Sequence record: NC_070957.1
Reading direction: 5' to 3' (one strand)
Length of the DNA: 64,000 nt
Shown: piece by piece, positions 55,507 to 64,000 of the stretch
Layout of the letters: each line of letters starts with the position of its first letter
Numbering within the stretch: the first letter of the stretch is position 1
The notes under the pieces: model-generated
Told to the model about the DNA's origin: nothing
Database searches by the model: none
The model's input: only the letters and a program-made list of their open reading frames with translations
Made by a program: the position numbers and the translations under genes

Positions 55507-57708
55507 TTACTGGGTAGCCAGTGAATCTTCGTTGTACGCTTCCAGTGTGGAGTCCATCATGTACACACCCTTGGAGAACCAGAGGCGGGTAGTGGTGAAC
55601 ATCACAGACTTGGCGTTCGGACTGTCTTCACGGAAAGTCGGGTCAACAGAGTAGTTGACGATGACAGCACCGAGTTGCTCACGGATGCGAGCTTCGGCGG
55701 CGTCCTTCAGACGAGCGATGTAACCTTCCCGGCGGAGCTGGGTGTTACCAGAGATCTTGATCCATTCGTCTTGGAGGATCTTCTCAACGCAGATACAGGC
55801 CCATACGTTGGGGAGGTCTTTCAGAACGGATTCGGTACTGTTGTACACAGTCGGCAATGCCGGGCGGCAGAACTGAGAGGTGTTCAACGGAGTGACCGTG
55901 ATGGAACCCTGGATCAGGTTGTTCGCTGCGGGATCGTCATCTTCGAACTGTACCAGCGGATCGTGCATTACACGGAGAGTACGGTTACCCTCGTTATCCG
56001 GCATCAGGTTCGCGTAAACCTTACCATCTTCACCACCGCCCGCGATAGCGAATGCGTACATGGTTTCGATGTTCAGGGAGAACTGACCGAAGGTCGGTTC
56101 GTCGATAACACGACCGGTCCACAGGTTGATGGCCGAACGGCAAGCATGAGACTGGAAGGTCTCGCTTTCCGGGATCATGGCGATCTTGGTGTGGAGTGCT
56201 TCGCGAGTGGAGTACAGTTGCTCTTGGCTCTTGTTCACCAGGTACTCGGTAGCACACGGTACGACGATGATGTCTTTACGCTTGCCCAGGAAACTGATCA
56301 GCAGATCTTTGATCGCGTCGTTGTAACCGAGGTCCCACATAAAGGAGGTACGGTTACGGATCACGTCTTTGACATCCAGGGAACCACGGTAACTGGTCAG
56401 GTAGCCTTCGATCAGGATCTGGTTCATAGCCCAGAACTGTTTGTGGCTTACCAGCTCGTCGGTACCGGATTTGGTAACCCAGGGACCATCGACTGCTTCG
56501 ATCCAGCTATCCGGAGCGTCGGGGTAGTTGCCGTTGGCGAGAGCGTACGGGTCAACACCACCAGAAGCTTGGAAGTAGTGGTTCATGCTCACACGAGAAA
56601 CCTCCAGCTTATCGCCAGGGAATTTCGTGTTCCCGCCGAACACAACGTGATGATACGGATTACCGTTATGATCGACGAAGGAGAACGGGTTCATGATTGC
56701 ACGAACCGGAAGCTTGTTGCTCAGGACTTCAGGGGCGACGCCCACACCATCAACATACTCGGCTTTGTACAGGGCTGCACAAACGGTATCGATGTTGGTG
56801 TTGTAAACAAATGCGTCGGTAAACGGAGCAGGGCGCTCTTGTACCGGACGGTTTACGTCACGACCGGTGAAACGGTCCAGGGCCACTTGGATACCATAGC
56901 GGACATTGTTGTTGTCAGCCATGTTGTACAGAGTGAACTGTGCATCCGGAGTACCGGAAACAGTAGTAGCCGGAATACGCATCCCGTTATCCAGACGCTC
57001 ACCGATGTTCATGACGAACGGGAAAGCACCGTAGGTGATAACGAAGCGCGCCACTTCGGTCCAGTCAGTAAAGCTGGGGTTACCGAACGCAGCATACATT
57101 GCGTTATAGGCATCGCCCACGCCACCTACCAGTTCGAACAGAGGGTAGAACTTACCCTTGGCGTCATCGGGGAGGGTACCGCCGGCAACTGCGTTCACTT
57201 CGAAACTGTTGGCTTTACCGACAGGGGTGTCGGGACTGGCTTTCAGGATTGCGGGGAAACCAACCACACCTTTTACGGTAGGGGTCGTTTTGTCGACAAG
57301 CGGCTTACCGGCATCGTCGAACTCGTAACCGCCAGCGGCGTTACGTACGTAGTTAGGTACATCCTGTCCTTCGAACAGAATAACACCCATAATCACCCGA
57401 GCGTGCTCTTCGTTAGCCGTCAGACGACGGAAGCTGAAGGATGCTTGACCGGCTTTACCCAGGACACCGATGGCTACTGCAACAGGGTTGTAGTAGGGAC
57501 CGTTCGGGTCTTGGATGTCACCGAACTTCTCGGAGAAACCGGACATAGCAACAGTTGCACGACCGATGGGACCACGAGGAGTTACGCAGGCGAAGTCAGG
57601 GAAGTGAGCGGGAGAAGAGATGATCGGATTGGTCGGCGTCAGGTTTTCACGACTGACGATACCGTTCTGATGGACCTTCCCCGGTACCAATTTGGTAGTA
57701 GTACTCAT
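55507..57708 (-). CDS. Contractile tail sheath protein (phiKZ gp29-like, 733 aa)
   Basis: Sheath-type segments FSEKFGD, RTSFMWDLGY and GSITVTPLNTSQFCRPALPTVY; strong codon bias. Confidence 0.85.
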   Translation of the reverse strand: MSTTTKLVPGKVHQNGIVSRENLTPTNPIISSPAHFPDFACVTPRGPIGRATVAMSGFSEKFGDIQDPNGPYYNPVAVAIGVLGKAGQASFSFRRLTANEEHARVIMGVILFEGQDVPNYVRNAAGGYEFDDAGKPLVDKTTPTVKGVVGFPAILKASPDTPVGKANSFEVNAVAGGTLPDDAKGKFYPLFELVGGVGDAYNAMYAAFGNPSFTDWTEVARFVITYGAFPFVMNIGERLDNGMRIPATTVSGTPDAQFTLYNMADNNNVRYGIQVALDRFTGRDVNRPVQERPAPFTDAFVYNTNIDTVCAALYKAEYVDGVGVAPEVLSNKLPVRAIMNPFSFVDHNGNPYHHVVFGGNTKFPGDKLEVSRVSMNHYFQASGGVDPYALANGNYPDAPDSWIEAVDGPWVTKSGTDELVSHKQFWAMNQILIEGYLTSYRGSLDVKDVIRNRTSFMWDLGYNDAIKDLLISFLGKRKDIIVVPCATEYLVNKSQEQLYSTREALHTKIAMIPESETFQSHACRSAINLWTGRVIDEPTFGQFSLNIETMYAFAIAGGGEDGKVYANLMPDNEGNRTLRVMHDPLVQFEDDDPAANNLIQGSITVTPLNTSQFCRPALPTVYNSTESVLKDLPNVWACICVEKILQDEWIKISGNTQLRREGYIARLKDAAEARIREQLGAVIVNYSVDPTFREDSPNAKSVMFTTTRLWFSKGVYMMDSTLEAYNEDSLATQ

Positions 57709-57824
57709 AAGGAATTGACTCCGGAAATATTGGAAGTTTTTTGATCAAAAAACTCAATCGTATGACCTTACGGCCACTTGATTACTGACGTTAACACGCA
57801 TAACATTAATTTGGAACTGAAACT

Positions 57825-58700
57825 ATGATCTTAAATGGTTACGATACCACTGTTGGTACTCGTTTTAAAGTAAAAGATAAGGTTACGGAAACACTCCGTG
57901 CCTTGCAAAGTTCCGACCGACTCGAACTTGTTGAGAACCGTGGTGTGTACGCCATTACTCACAAGAACGACTTCGGTCTCCCTCCTTTTATTTTCCCGAT
58001 GTCTATCCAGAACTACATGCGCAAGCCTGTAACTGTATTTGATCAACGGGGTTACATCAACCGCGAAGGACGCAATATCAACATCCCGGAGTATAACGTA
58101 ATGCTCCTGGCTGCGTGTTTACAGCAAGACCTTCAATTGGGTAACAAAACACTTATTAAGAGTGTGCGTCCCTTCACTGTCAAAGCATTCGCCAATGCCA
58201 TGGGTCGGAAGCTGGAACGGACCGTTGCAATGGATATGACCCAGAAGCGGATCCTCCGGACCATCCTGGCCTACTACTACGTTTGTCTGATGGAAGATCC
58301 CAATGTGGATTACAAGTTCATCGCTCAGAACGTAATAAAGGCAGCGTTGCGTTATGACATCAATGATGTTCGTGAAGTGATCGACGAGCTGGGTTACGTG
58401 GGGACACTCCCTGATCTGTTGTCCGCTATCGTTAACCATCCTTCCCTGTTCGCTCTGAAGAACTTGGACATGGCTGGTTTGGTTGGCGTGGCCGGAACGA
58501 TCTTCTTCAGTACGTCCGGGTTCAAGTTCATCGTCAGCGCAGCTATCGAACTTCCGACTCTGTTCACTGCAATGTGCTGGGGTGCTGCTAGTCAACGCAT
58601 TTACCAGAACACTACTCTGGGTGAAGAGCTCAACGTCAAACAAGATAAGAACGTTGAAACCTTCATTAAACAAGTAGGTTACTATTTCCAATCGGTATAA
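57825..58700 (+). CDS. Virion structural protein (phiKZ gp28 position, 291 aa)
   Basis: Divergent from the sheath gene; first gene of the baseplate operon (synteny inference). Confidence 0.65.
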   Translation: MILNGYDTTVGTRFKVKDKVTETLRALQSSDRLELVENRGVYAITHKNDFGLPPFIFPMSIQNYMRKPVTVFDQRGYINREGRNINIPEYNVMLLAACLQQDLQLGNKTLIKSVRPFTVKAFANAMGRKLERTVAMDMTQKRILRTILAYYYVCLMEDPNVDYKFIAQNVIKAALRYDINDVREVIDELGYVGTLPDLLSAIVNHPSLFALKNLDMAGLVGVAGTIFFSTSGFKFIVSAAIELPTLFTAMCWGAASQRIYQNTTLGEELNVKQDKNVETFIKQVGYYFQSV

Positions 58701-58716
58701 CTTTTGGAGTTATTAA

Positions 58717-61700
58717 ATGGCTGATCAAACCGCCAAGTTCCAACTGGAACGGGCTCGCTCATTTGTGAGTGGTTCTGATCTGTCTGTGACCTTCAATATC
58801 ATCCCAGCAACGCCTGATGAAAAGGCGTTGCTGGCACATGTCGAAGATCTGGACAAGGTTACGAACACCGTAGGTTCCACAAGGACACCAACCAGCCAGA
58901 AGTTTGACTCTGCTAAACAGACAATCTCTTTTATCATCCCTGTTGTTCGCAGTGATGCCAAGAACATGACGTACATCTTTATTGGTGACGTTACTATCGA
59001 TGGCATTCGCTATCCTTACAACTACTCATTGACAATTGAACCTGTCGATGTGGAAGTAAACAAACTGTTCGATGATGGGATCGACATGGTGTTTGAGTTC
59101 GGTTATACCGTGCACAACACTAAGCTCCCAGTCACCATCCCTGGCGTAGTGACTCTCAATGAGGGTAGCTATGTAAAGGAAGGGGCCGAACTTCGTAAGG
59201 TGTCCGAGACAACTGCCGCTGGGGTGGCATTGTATCGAGTAGAGATTGAGCTGTTCCAGGTCAAACATCCCAGGTTGTTTATCAAGGGCTCTGTTGCTTT
59301 TGAATACCCCGAATACACAATTCATGTTCCCTTTGAGAAATGGCAAGATGAAAACATCGCTTGGGAAAGTTATCCCCGACCGCTTGTTGACTATGCCAAG
59401 AAACATATGTGGGGACACCGTGAACTGGATAACAACTACCAACTTAAGTTGGGACGTGTTTCACCAGCCAACGGGTTAATCAATAACTTTTTCTTTGCTG
59501 GTAAAACTTTCCTTCTTCCTGGTCCTAGTCACTTCTACCATGTCTTTAGCATGGGTGGGTTTGACATCAACTTCTGGAACATGGGGCAAAGGAAATTAGA
59601 CTGGTGGCCTTTCAACACATGGAAGACACTGTCTGAGATTTCCAACCAGCGTGGTACCAGCCTCGACGTCTATAATGGCCGTGGTCGGATGTTCCCTCGT
59701 GGTGATGTTTGGATGTTGAACACTTATCAGGGTGTAACGTTCATAGCAATGCCAGTGACCCAGATGTACCCTATCCCCATGGATAAGAACATGTACATCC
59801 GGTGCTACACGTCGGATATTAATACCGCGACCATCTCCGAGGAAGAACAAACCAAATATCGGTTTGGCTATGCGTTCAGGGAATATTCCGATCCCACTGA
59901 TTTTACTTACATCACCGAACAGTACAACATGTACAACAGTTTCAATACTGGCCGTGTTCAATTCTTCTTGAACGGGGTGGTGAGTGACATCAGTAAATAT
60001 GTCAGGGCTAGTGGAGACCTCTTGGAGGTAGCGTACGACCCGACGATTGGTCAGACTCATACGTACAAGTTCAAAGACTTGGCCGATTTCTATTCGGTAA
60101 TGGATGAGAAACGTAAACTGATCATCTTCCCTGGCGATTTGTCAAAACCTCGGTACTACAAGTATCATAACGATATCGACGTCTACGTTGTCAACCGTCG
60201 TACCAAACAAGCATTGTATTACCATCGTAACAAGGTGGATGCCATTCGTCAGCTTACGCATCATGACTTCGCACTGGCCGCTGGCTATGTGGAATTCTTG
60301 ATCAGTGAACTGATGAACATGGATGGTACAAAGCGTACTACGGTCAATGACATCGACATCCAGATCTATCATCGGGAAACCAAGTGGAAGTTCGAATTGG
60401 GCCCGACCTCAAGTCGTATCAACGACTTGTATCTCCTGGAGGATCCAGAAAAGATTCTTGGGGCGATGACTGGTGCACAGAGTACAGTTAAGGAATGGTC
60501 TGCTCCGGAGTTGGAAAAGGGTGCGACGAACTTTGTTCTGAATGCCATCCTTCAAGAGCTCTCTACAACGACTGTGCGTGAGGGTCTTGGATATAACGGT
60601 TGCTCTGTTGCACTGAGCGCATCTCCGTTGTATATGCCGTACATCACTCCGGGTGATCCTGGTTTTGAAGATGTCTTCCCGACACCTCCTTATGAAACCG
60701 GTCTGGGTTATCGTATCCCTGCGAGTTATGTTGAATCATCTACCGCGTACGAGTACGACAAGAACGGTCTGTATATTCGTAAGGTAGGGGTGATCAAGTC
60801 CGAGTGGTATAAGCCCGGTCCTGACTGTTACTATGTCGAGTTCGTGGTTGGACAAGCTTCCACATGGTTGGACTGTGCAATCAGCAGAACAGACGTAAAA
60901 CTCAGACCTGGGTTTGGGTTCAGAGTCTATACAGCCGGATGGCTGATTGATCCTGACGATCAGGAAGTACCTGACAACTCACTCTTCAAGAAAGAGTTTA
61001 ACATCACTGCTGACGGTAAAGAGATCTATCCTGAACCTTATGAGATCAAAATCTATGGTGATGGAGAGAATACCGCTCCTGACCTCGAGATCGTCACCAG
61101 CGGTGGTCGACCGGATGGTAAGTGGGTGGATGTTACCGGAACTGATGAGTATCAGATAGTGAACGGATACATTTCCTGGAACTTCGACACTCGGAACAAA
61201 GTGGGTATGGTGATCTTTGACACCGTTCATTTGTTCAATCAGTTTGAACTGTATCACATCGATAACAGTATCAGTTTCCAGATCATGCACACCTGGGATA
61301 TCGGTGGTCTTCCATTACCGATTGAACCTGGTCAGATTGATCTGTGGATTAACGGACATCCTGCGATTGAAAATGTCGACTACGTACTTGACTTCCCCAA
61401 CGTTTACGTTATCAGCAAAATGTGGCTGAAGGAAGGCGGGCGTAACACATTCGCTTATCGCGGTCGCGGTCTTTCTGGTAAAGGACTGATTCCTTCTAGC
61501 GAGTTGGGTTTTGTCTACGACGGTGTACTGGGTATCAATGGTCGGTACAACCTCCGTATCGATCGTCCTACCAAGACAATCATCAATGGTCGGTTGTATC
61601 TTACTGAAGCACTGGACTGGTCCGAGGATATCAACCACGGTCAAAACGTCGGTGCACTGAACGGGATGCCTTATGAGGTCAAGCATATCTACTGCGATAA

Positions 61701-62166
61701 TAAGTATGTAGAACAGTTCGATCTTCATTGGGGCTTTGATGCAGCTCGTGAGTTGGATCAACGGATCAGTGATTACCTCACTGTTAACGCCGATTACAAA
61801 CAGAATCTCCCTGTGGATTATCCCTATCTGGAAGAGGACCGTTATCGGTTATTCAGTCCGTTCATGAACCAACTTGCCAACGAAATGCAACTCGGTTTCT
61901 TGACAGTTCCCGCTCCTACCGAGACAGAGATTGGTTATAGTGATCAAGCGATAGACGATATCACTCGTCCTTATCAATGGTTGCTGAAATACGATCCCTC
62001 TCAAATGGATCTGGATCTGAGGTATTTCATGATCCACCCGTACAGTAATCTTCAGCGGATTACAGTCACTCCCAATCAGTTGACCGTACTCTCCAGGGTC
62101 AATGACCTGTATCTTAAAGGGAAACTTCGTATTGAAGGCTTCTTCGAGGTAAAACACGATGTTTAG
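58717..62166 (+). CDS. Large baseplate/tail structural protein (phiKZ gp27 position, 1149 aa)
   Basis: GGAG RBS; beta-rich; LWINGHPAIENVDYVLDF repeat-type motif; synteny. Confidence 0.7.
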   Translation: MADQTAKFQLERARSFVSGSDLSVTFNIIPATPDEKALLAHVEDLDKVTNTVGSTRTPTSQKFDSAKQTISFIIPVVRSDAKNMTYIFIGDVTIDGIRYPYNYSLTIEPVDVEVNKLFDDGIDMVFEFGYTVHNTKLPVTIPGVVTLNEGSYVKEGAELRKVSETTAAGVALYRVEIELFQVKHPRLFIKGSVAFEYPEYTIHVPFEKWQDENIAWESYPRPLVDYAKKHMWGHRELDNNYQLKLGRVSPANGLINNFFFAGKTFLLPGPSHFYHVFSMGGFDINFWNMGQRKLDWWPFNTWKTLSEISNQRGTSLDVYNGRGRMFPRGDVWMLNTYQGVTFIAMPVTQMYPIPMDKNMYIRCYTSDINTATISEEEQTKYRFGYAFREYSDPTDFTYITEQYNMYNSFNTGRVQFFLNGVVSDISKYVRASGDLLEVAYDPTIGQTHTYKFKDLADFYSVMDEKRKLIIFPGDLSKPRYYKYHNDIDVYVVNRRTKQALYYHRNKVDAIRQLTHHDFALAAGYVEFLISELMNMDGTKRTTVNDIDIQIYHRETKWKFELGPTSSRINDLYLLEDPEKILGAMTGAQSTVKEWSAPELEKGATNFVLNAILQELSTTTVREGLGYNGCSVALSASPLYMPYITPGDPGFEDVFPTPPYETGLGYRIPASYVESSTAYEYDKNGLYIRKVGVIKSEWYKPGPDCYYVEFVVGQASTWLDCAISRTDVKLRPGFGFRVYTAGWLIDPDDQEVPDNSLFKKEFNITADGKEIYPEPYEIKIYGDGENTAPDLEIVTSGGRPDGKWVDVTGTDEYQIVNGYISWNFDTRNKVGMVIFDTVHLFNQFELYHIDNSISFQIMHTWDIGGLPLPIEPGQIDLWINGHPAIENVDYVLDFPNVYVISKMWLKEGGRNTFAYRGRGLSGKGLIPSSELGFVYDGVLGINGRYNLRIDRPTKTIINGRLYLTEALDWSEDINHGQNVGALNGMPYEVKHIYCDNKYVEQFDLHWGFDAARELDQRISDYLTVNADYKQNLPVDYPYLEEDRYRLFSPFMNQLANEMQLGFLTVPAPTETEIGYSDQAIDDITRPYQWLLKYDPSQMDLDLRYFMIHPYSNLQRITVTPNQLTVLSRVNDLYLKGKLRIEGFFEVKHDV

Positions 62167-63901
62167 TAACGCACCTAAAGCCACCAGTAATGACGGTGGT
62201 GTCGTTCCGGGTAACAAACCCAGCATCGGTAATAATGACGGTCGCAAGGTCGTCCATTATATCGAGCAAATTTTCGATCCCGATATTCACCCCATCGAGC
62301 TGATGTCCAAGTACATCGTTCCTGAAGAGGGTGAACTCGTAGTAGACATGCCGAACCATGTTTTCTACGAGGTAGAACATGTGGACCGTCACGCCACTTG
62401 GAAAACGACCCTTGGTCCTTGGAACCCGATTCCCGAGGCCAGTGGTAATGACTACACCCTGTTCCCGAAACACGAATACGGTTTCTTGCAGGGTGAAATG
62501 GCACTGATGATCGATTACAGTGTCCGTCCTCCTGTGGCTCGGGTCGATGCAAACTGTGTCGCTCCTAATGCAGCATACGCTCATCTCTATAACGGTGATG
62601 TGTTCCAGGATACTGACATAATTTCAGCCACTTATTCTGGTGTTGATTTTATCGACAACAAAATCCCGGTATCCCCGGTTGTTCTCGATAACTTCGAAAA
62701 CCTCACCATCATGGGTGCGAATACGTTCTCTGTCCAACGAAGTGATAAGGAACTCCCTAACGGTTCACGGTGTAGCCTGATCTTCAAGGATCAAGCGGGT
62801 CGACCGATCCCACCCATCTATCCGTTGGCTGTTCAGCACTGCTCTCATCTCCGTGACCATGAGCTGGGTACTCGCTACGTTAAGAGCATTGAACTCATCT
62901 CTCCATGGTTCACCAATACGTCCAATCCGAAGACCCTGTTTATCAGGATCAACGTATTGCTGAAGACGGTTGAGTTCCGTGCACGAGTTCACTACTCTGA
63001 CGGTACTTCTTCTGATCCGGTTCCTGTGAATACCTTCAATGGTAATAACGGGTTCAAGCTCTTGGGTCTGGACCAGTGGAAACCGACCGTACCTGGTCAG
63101 TCTTCTGACAGTCTGGTTCTGACGTATGCGTTCGCTGAACACGAACAGGCTTACATGGCCCAACCTGGTCAGCCTCGTCATATGTCCGAGAAGTACACCA
63201 TCGTTGCTGTCCCTGGCGAGGGTACGTACACTCCGCGTATCTACTCCTACCCGTATTGGGATAACATGAACGGTTGGAAGTTGAAACACTTCCTGACTGA
63301 CCTGGATCGCAAGTACTGTCGTGACGTCACTGACATTGTCACACTCAACGAATCCAGTCCTGCGTTTGATGGCCGTAAGTATGGTGAAGAGCAGAACTTG
63401 ATCTTCAACCTGAACATGCGTGACGTTTCCGCTAGCTATGAACCCTGGTCGTTCATGCAACACACCTCTCCAACGTTGTACAACGATGCAACAGCGGAAG
63501 GACGTAAGTGGGATGTTCGTCATTCTCGGGGTAAACCGCCATTCGTGTCGATGACTGTCGAGTACATTGCTCAAGCTGGTGGCGGTGTTAAGGCCAAGTT
63601 CGCCGGGATCGCCGATGACAAAGAGTTCCTTGATAAAGGTTACTGGGCATTCGATCCTCTTATGGATCCGCTCACTGAAATCAAGGCTCCGACTCCGACC
63701 CACTTCGATCTCGTTCGGGTCAATGGTTCTGTTCGGACCGGTATTCCTATTGCTGGCTGGAAAGAACTTCCCATCGATGCGTTCAGTCTCACTCCGGGTG
63801 AAGGTCTCTTCATTCGTTGGGTCCGTCGTGAATCCGATGGCAATGAACTCCAACTCGGTGTTTCTGCTGCTGTCAGTAAGAAAGTCTCTGTGTTCTCGTA
63901 A
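62159..63901 (+). CDS. Baseplate/tail structural protein (phiKZ gp26 position, 580 aa)
   Basis: GAGGT RBS; overlaps the upstream stop; synteny. Confidence 0.7.
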   Translation: MFSNAPKATSNDGGVVPGNKPSIGNNDGRKVVHYIEQIFDPDIHPIELMSKYIVPEEGELVVDMPNHVFYEVEHVDRHATWKTTLGPWNPIPEASGNDYTLFPKHEYGFLQGEMALMIDYSVRPPVARVDANCVAPNAAYAHLYNGDVFQDTDIISATYSGVDFIDNKIPVSPVVLDNFENLTIMGANTFSVQRSDKELPNGSRCSLIFKDQAGRPIPPIYPLAVQHCSHLRDHELGTRYVKSIELISPWFTNTSNPKTLFIRINVLLKTVEFRARVHYSDGTSSDPVPVNTFNGNNGFKLLGLDQWKPTVPGQSSDSLVLTYAFAEHEQAYMAQPGQPRHMSEKYTIVAVPGEGTYTPRIYSYPYWDNMNGWKLKHFLTDLDRKYCRDVTDIVTLNESSPAFDGRKYGEEQNLIFNLNMRDVSASYEPWSFMQHTSPTLYNDATAEGRKWDVRHSRGKPPFVSMTVEYIAQAGGGVKAKFAGIADDKEFLDKGYWAFDPLMDPLTEIKAPTPTHFDLVRVNGSVRTGIPIAGWKELPIDAFSLTPGEGLFIRWVRRESDGNELQLGVSAAVSKKVSVFS

Positions 63902-63906
63902 CAAAC

Positions 63907-63936
63907 TAGAGGAGGGGCCGAAAGGTCCTTCCTCTA
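63907..63936 (+). terminator. Intrinsic terminator with GAAA loop
   Basis: tagaggaggggcc-gaaa-ggtccttcctcta, 13 bp including two G-U pairs. Confidence 0.8.
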
Positions 63937-64000
63937 TATTTATGTTCTGTTCTGCCTGACTAGCTGAATCCTATGTATCCACTATAACAGGTATAACTTT

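Noticed and set aside
55675-57744. 689-aa plus-strand ORF antisense to the tail sheath gene
   Set aside because: It is in exact codon register with a strongly biased gene. Avoidance of TTA, CTA and TCA codons removes antisense stops. It has no RBS or protein-like features.
1-64000. tRNA, rRNA, CRISPR array, transposase, chimallin or PhuZ genes
   Set aside because: None recognised by inspection. Intergenic gaps are short and explained by terminators and promoters. Nucleus formation cannot be claimed from this window.

Overview
This window is a 64 kb segment of a phiKZ-related jumbo myovirus genome, most likely infecting a gammaproteobacterium. The GroEL-like chaperonin and the endolysin placed directly after the RNAP beta gene suggest the EL/OBP-like branch (inference). 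Recognisable core genes are: a phage chaperonin, thymidine kinase, an RNase H-like protein, an SF2 helicase, a RecA/UvsX-like ATPase, three split virion RNA polymerase subunits, a 2353-aa tape-measure-type tail protein with a GH19 muramidase domain, a PG-binding/transglycosylase endolysin, the prohead protease, and tail tube, sheath and baseplate genes. Two accessory regions (2.6-6.1 kb and 41.3-54.5 kb) are built from cassettes carrying a repeated early-promoter-like motif (consensus about NAYATTAY-N5-TG) and long-stem terminators. The strongest unexplained signals are five: (1) four exported paralogs, each with exactly two similarly spaced cysteines, clustered with two small membrane peptides (49-52.8 kb); (2) a family of about five divergent cytoplasmic paralogs, three in their own promoter-gene-terminator cassette (42-48.5 kb); (3) a perfect 39-bp inverted repeat bracketing an 18-kb block; (4) an RNase H fold that appears to lack all catalytic carboxylates; (5) a chain of ATGA-coupled mini-ORFs. 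No tRNA, rRNA, CRISPR array, intein or transposase was recognised. All homology calls come from motif recognition and synteny, not from database searches.
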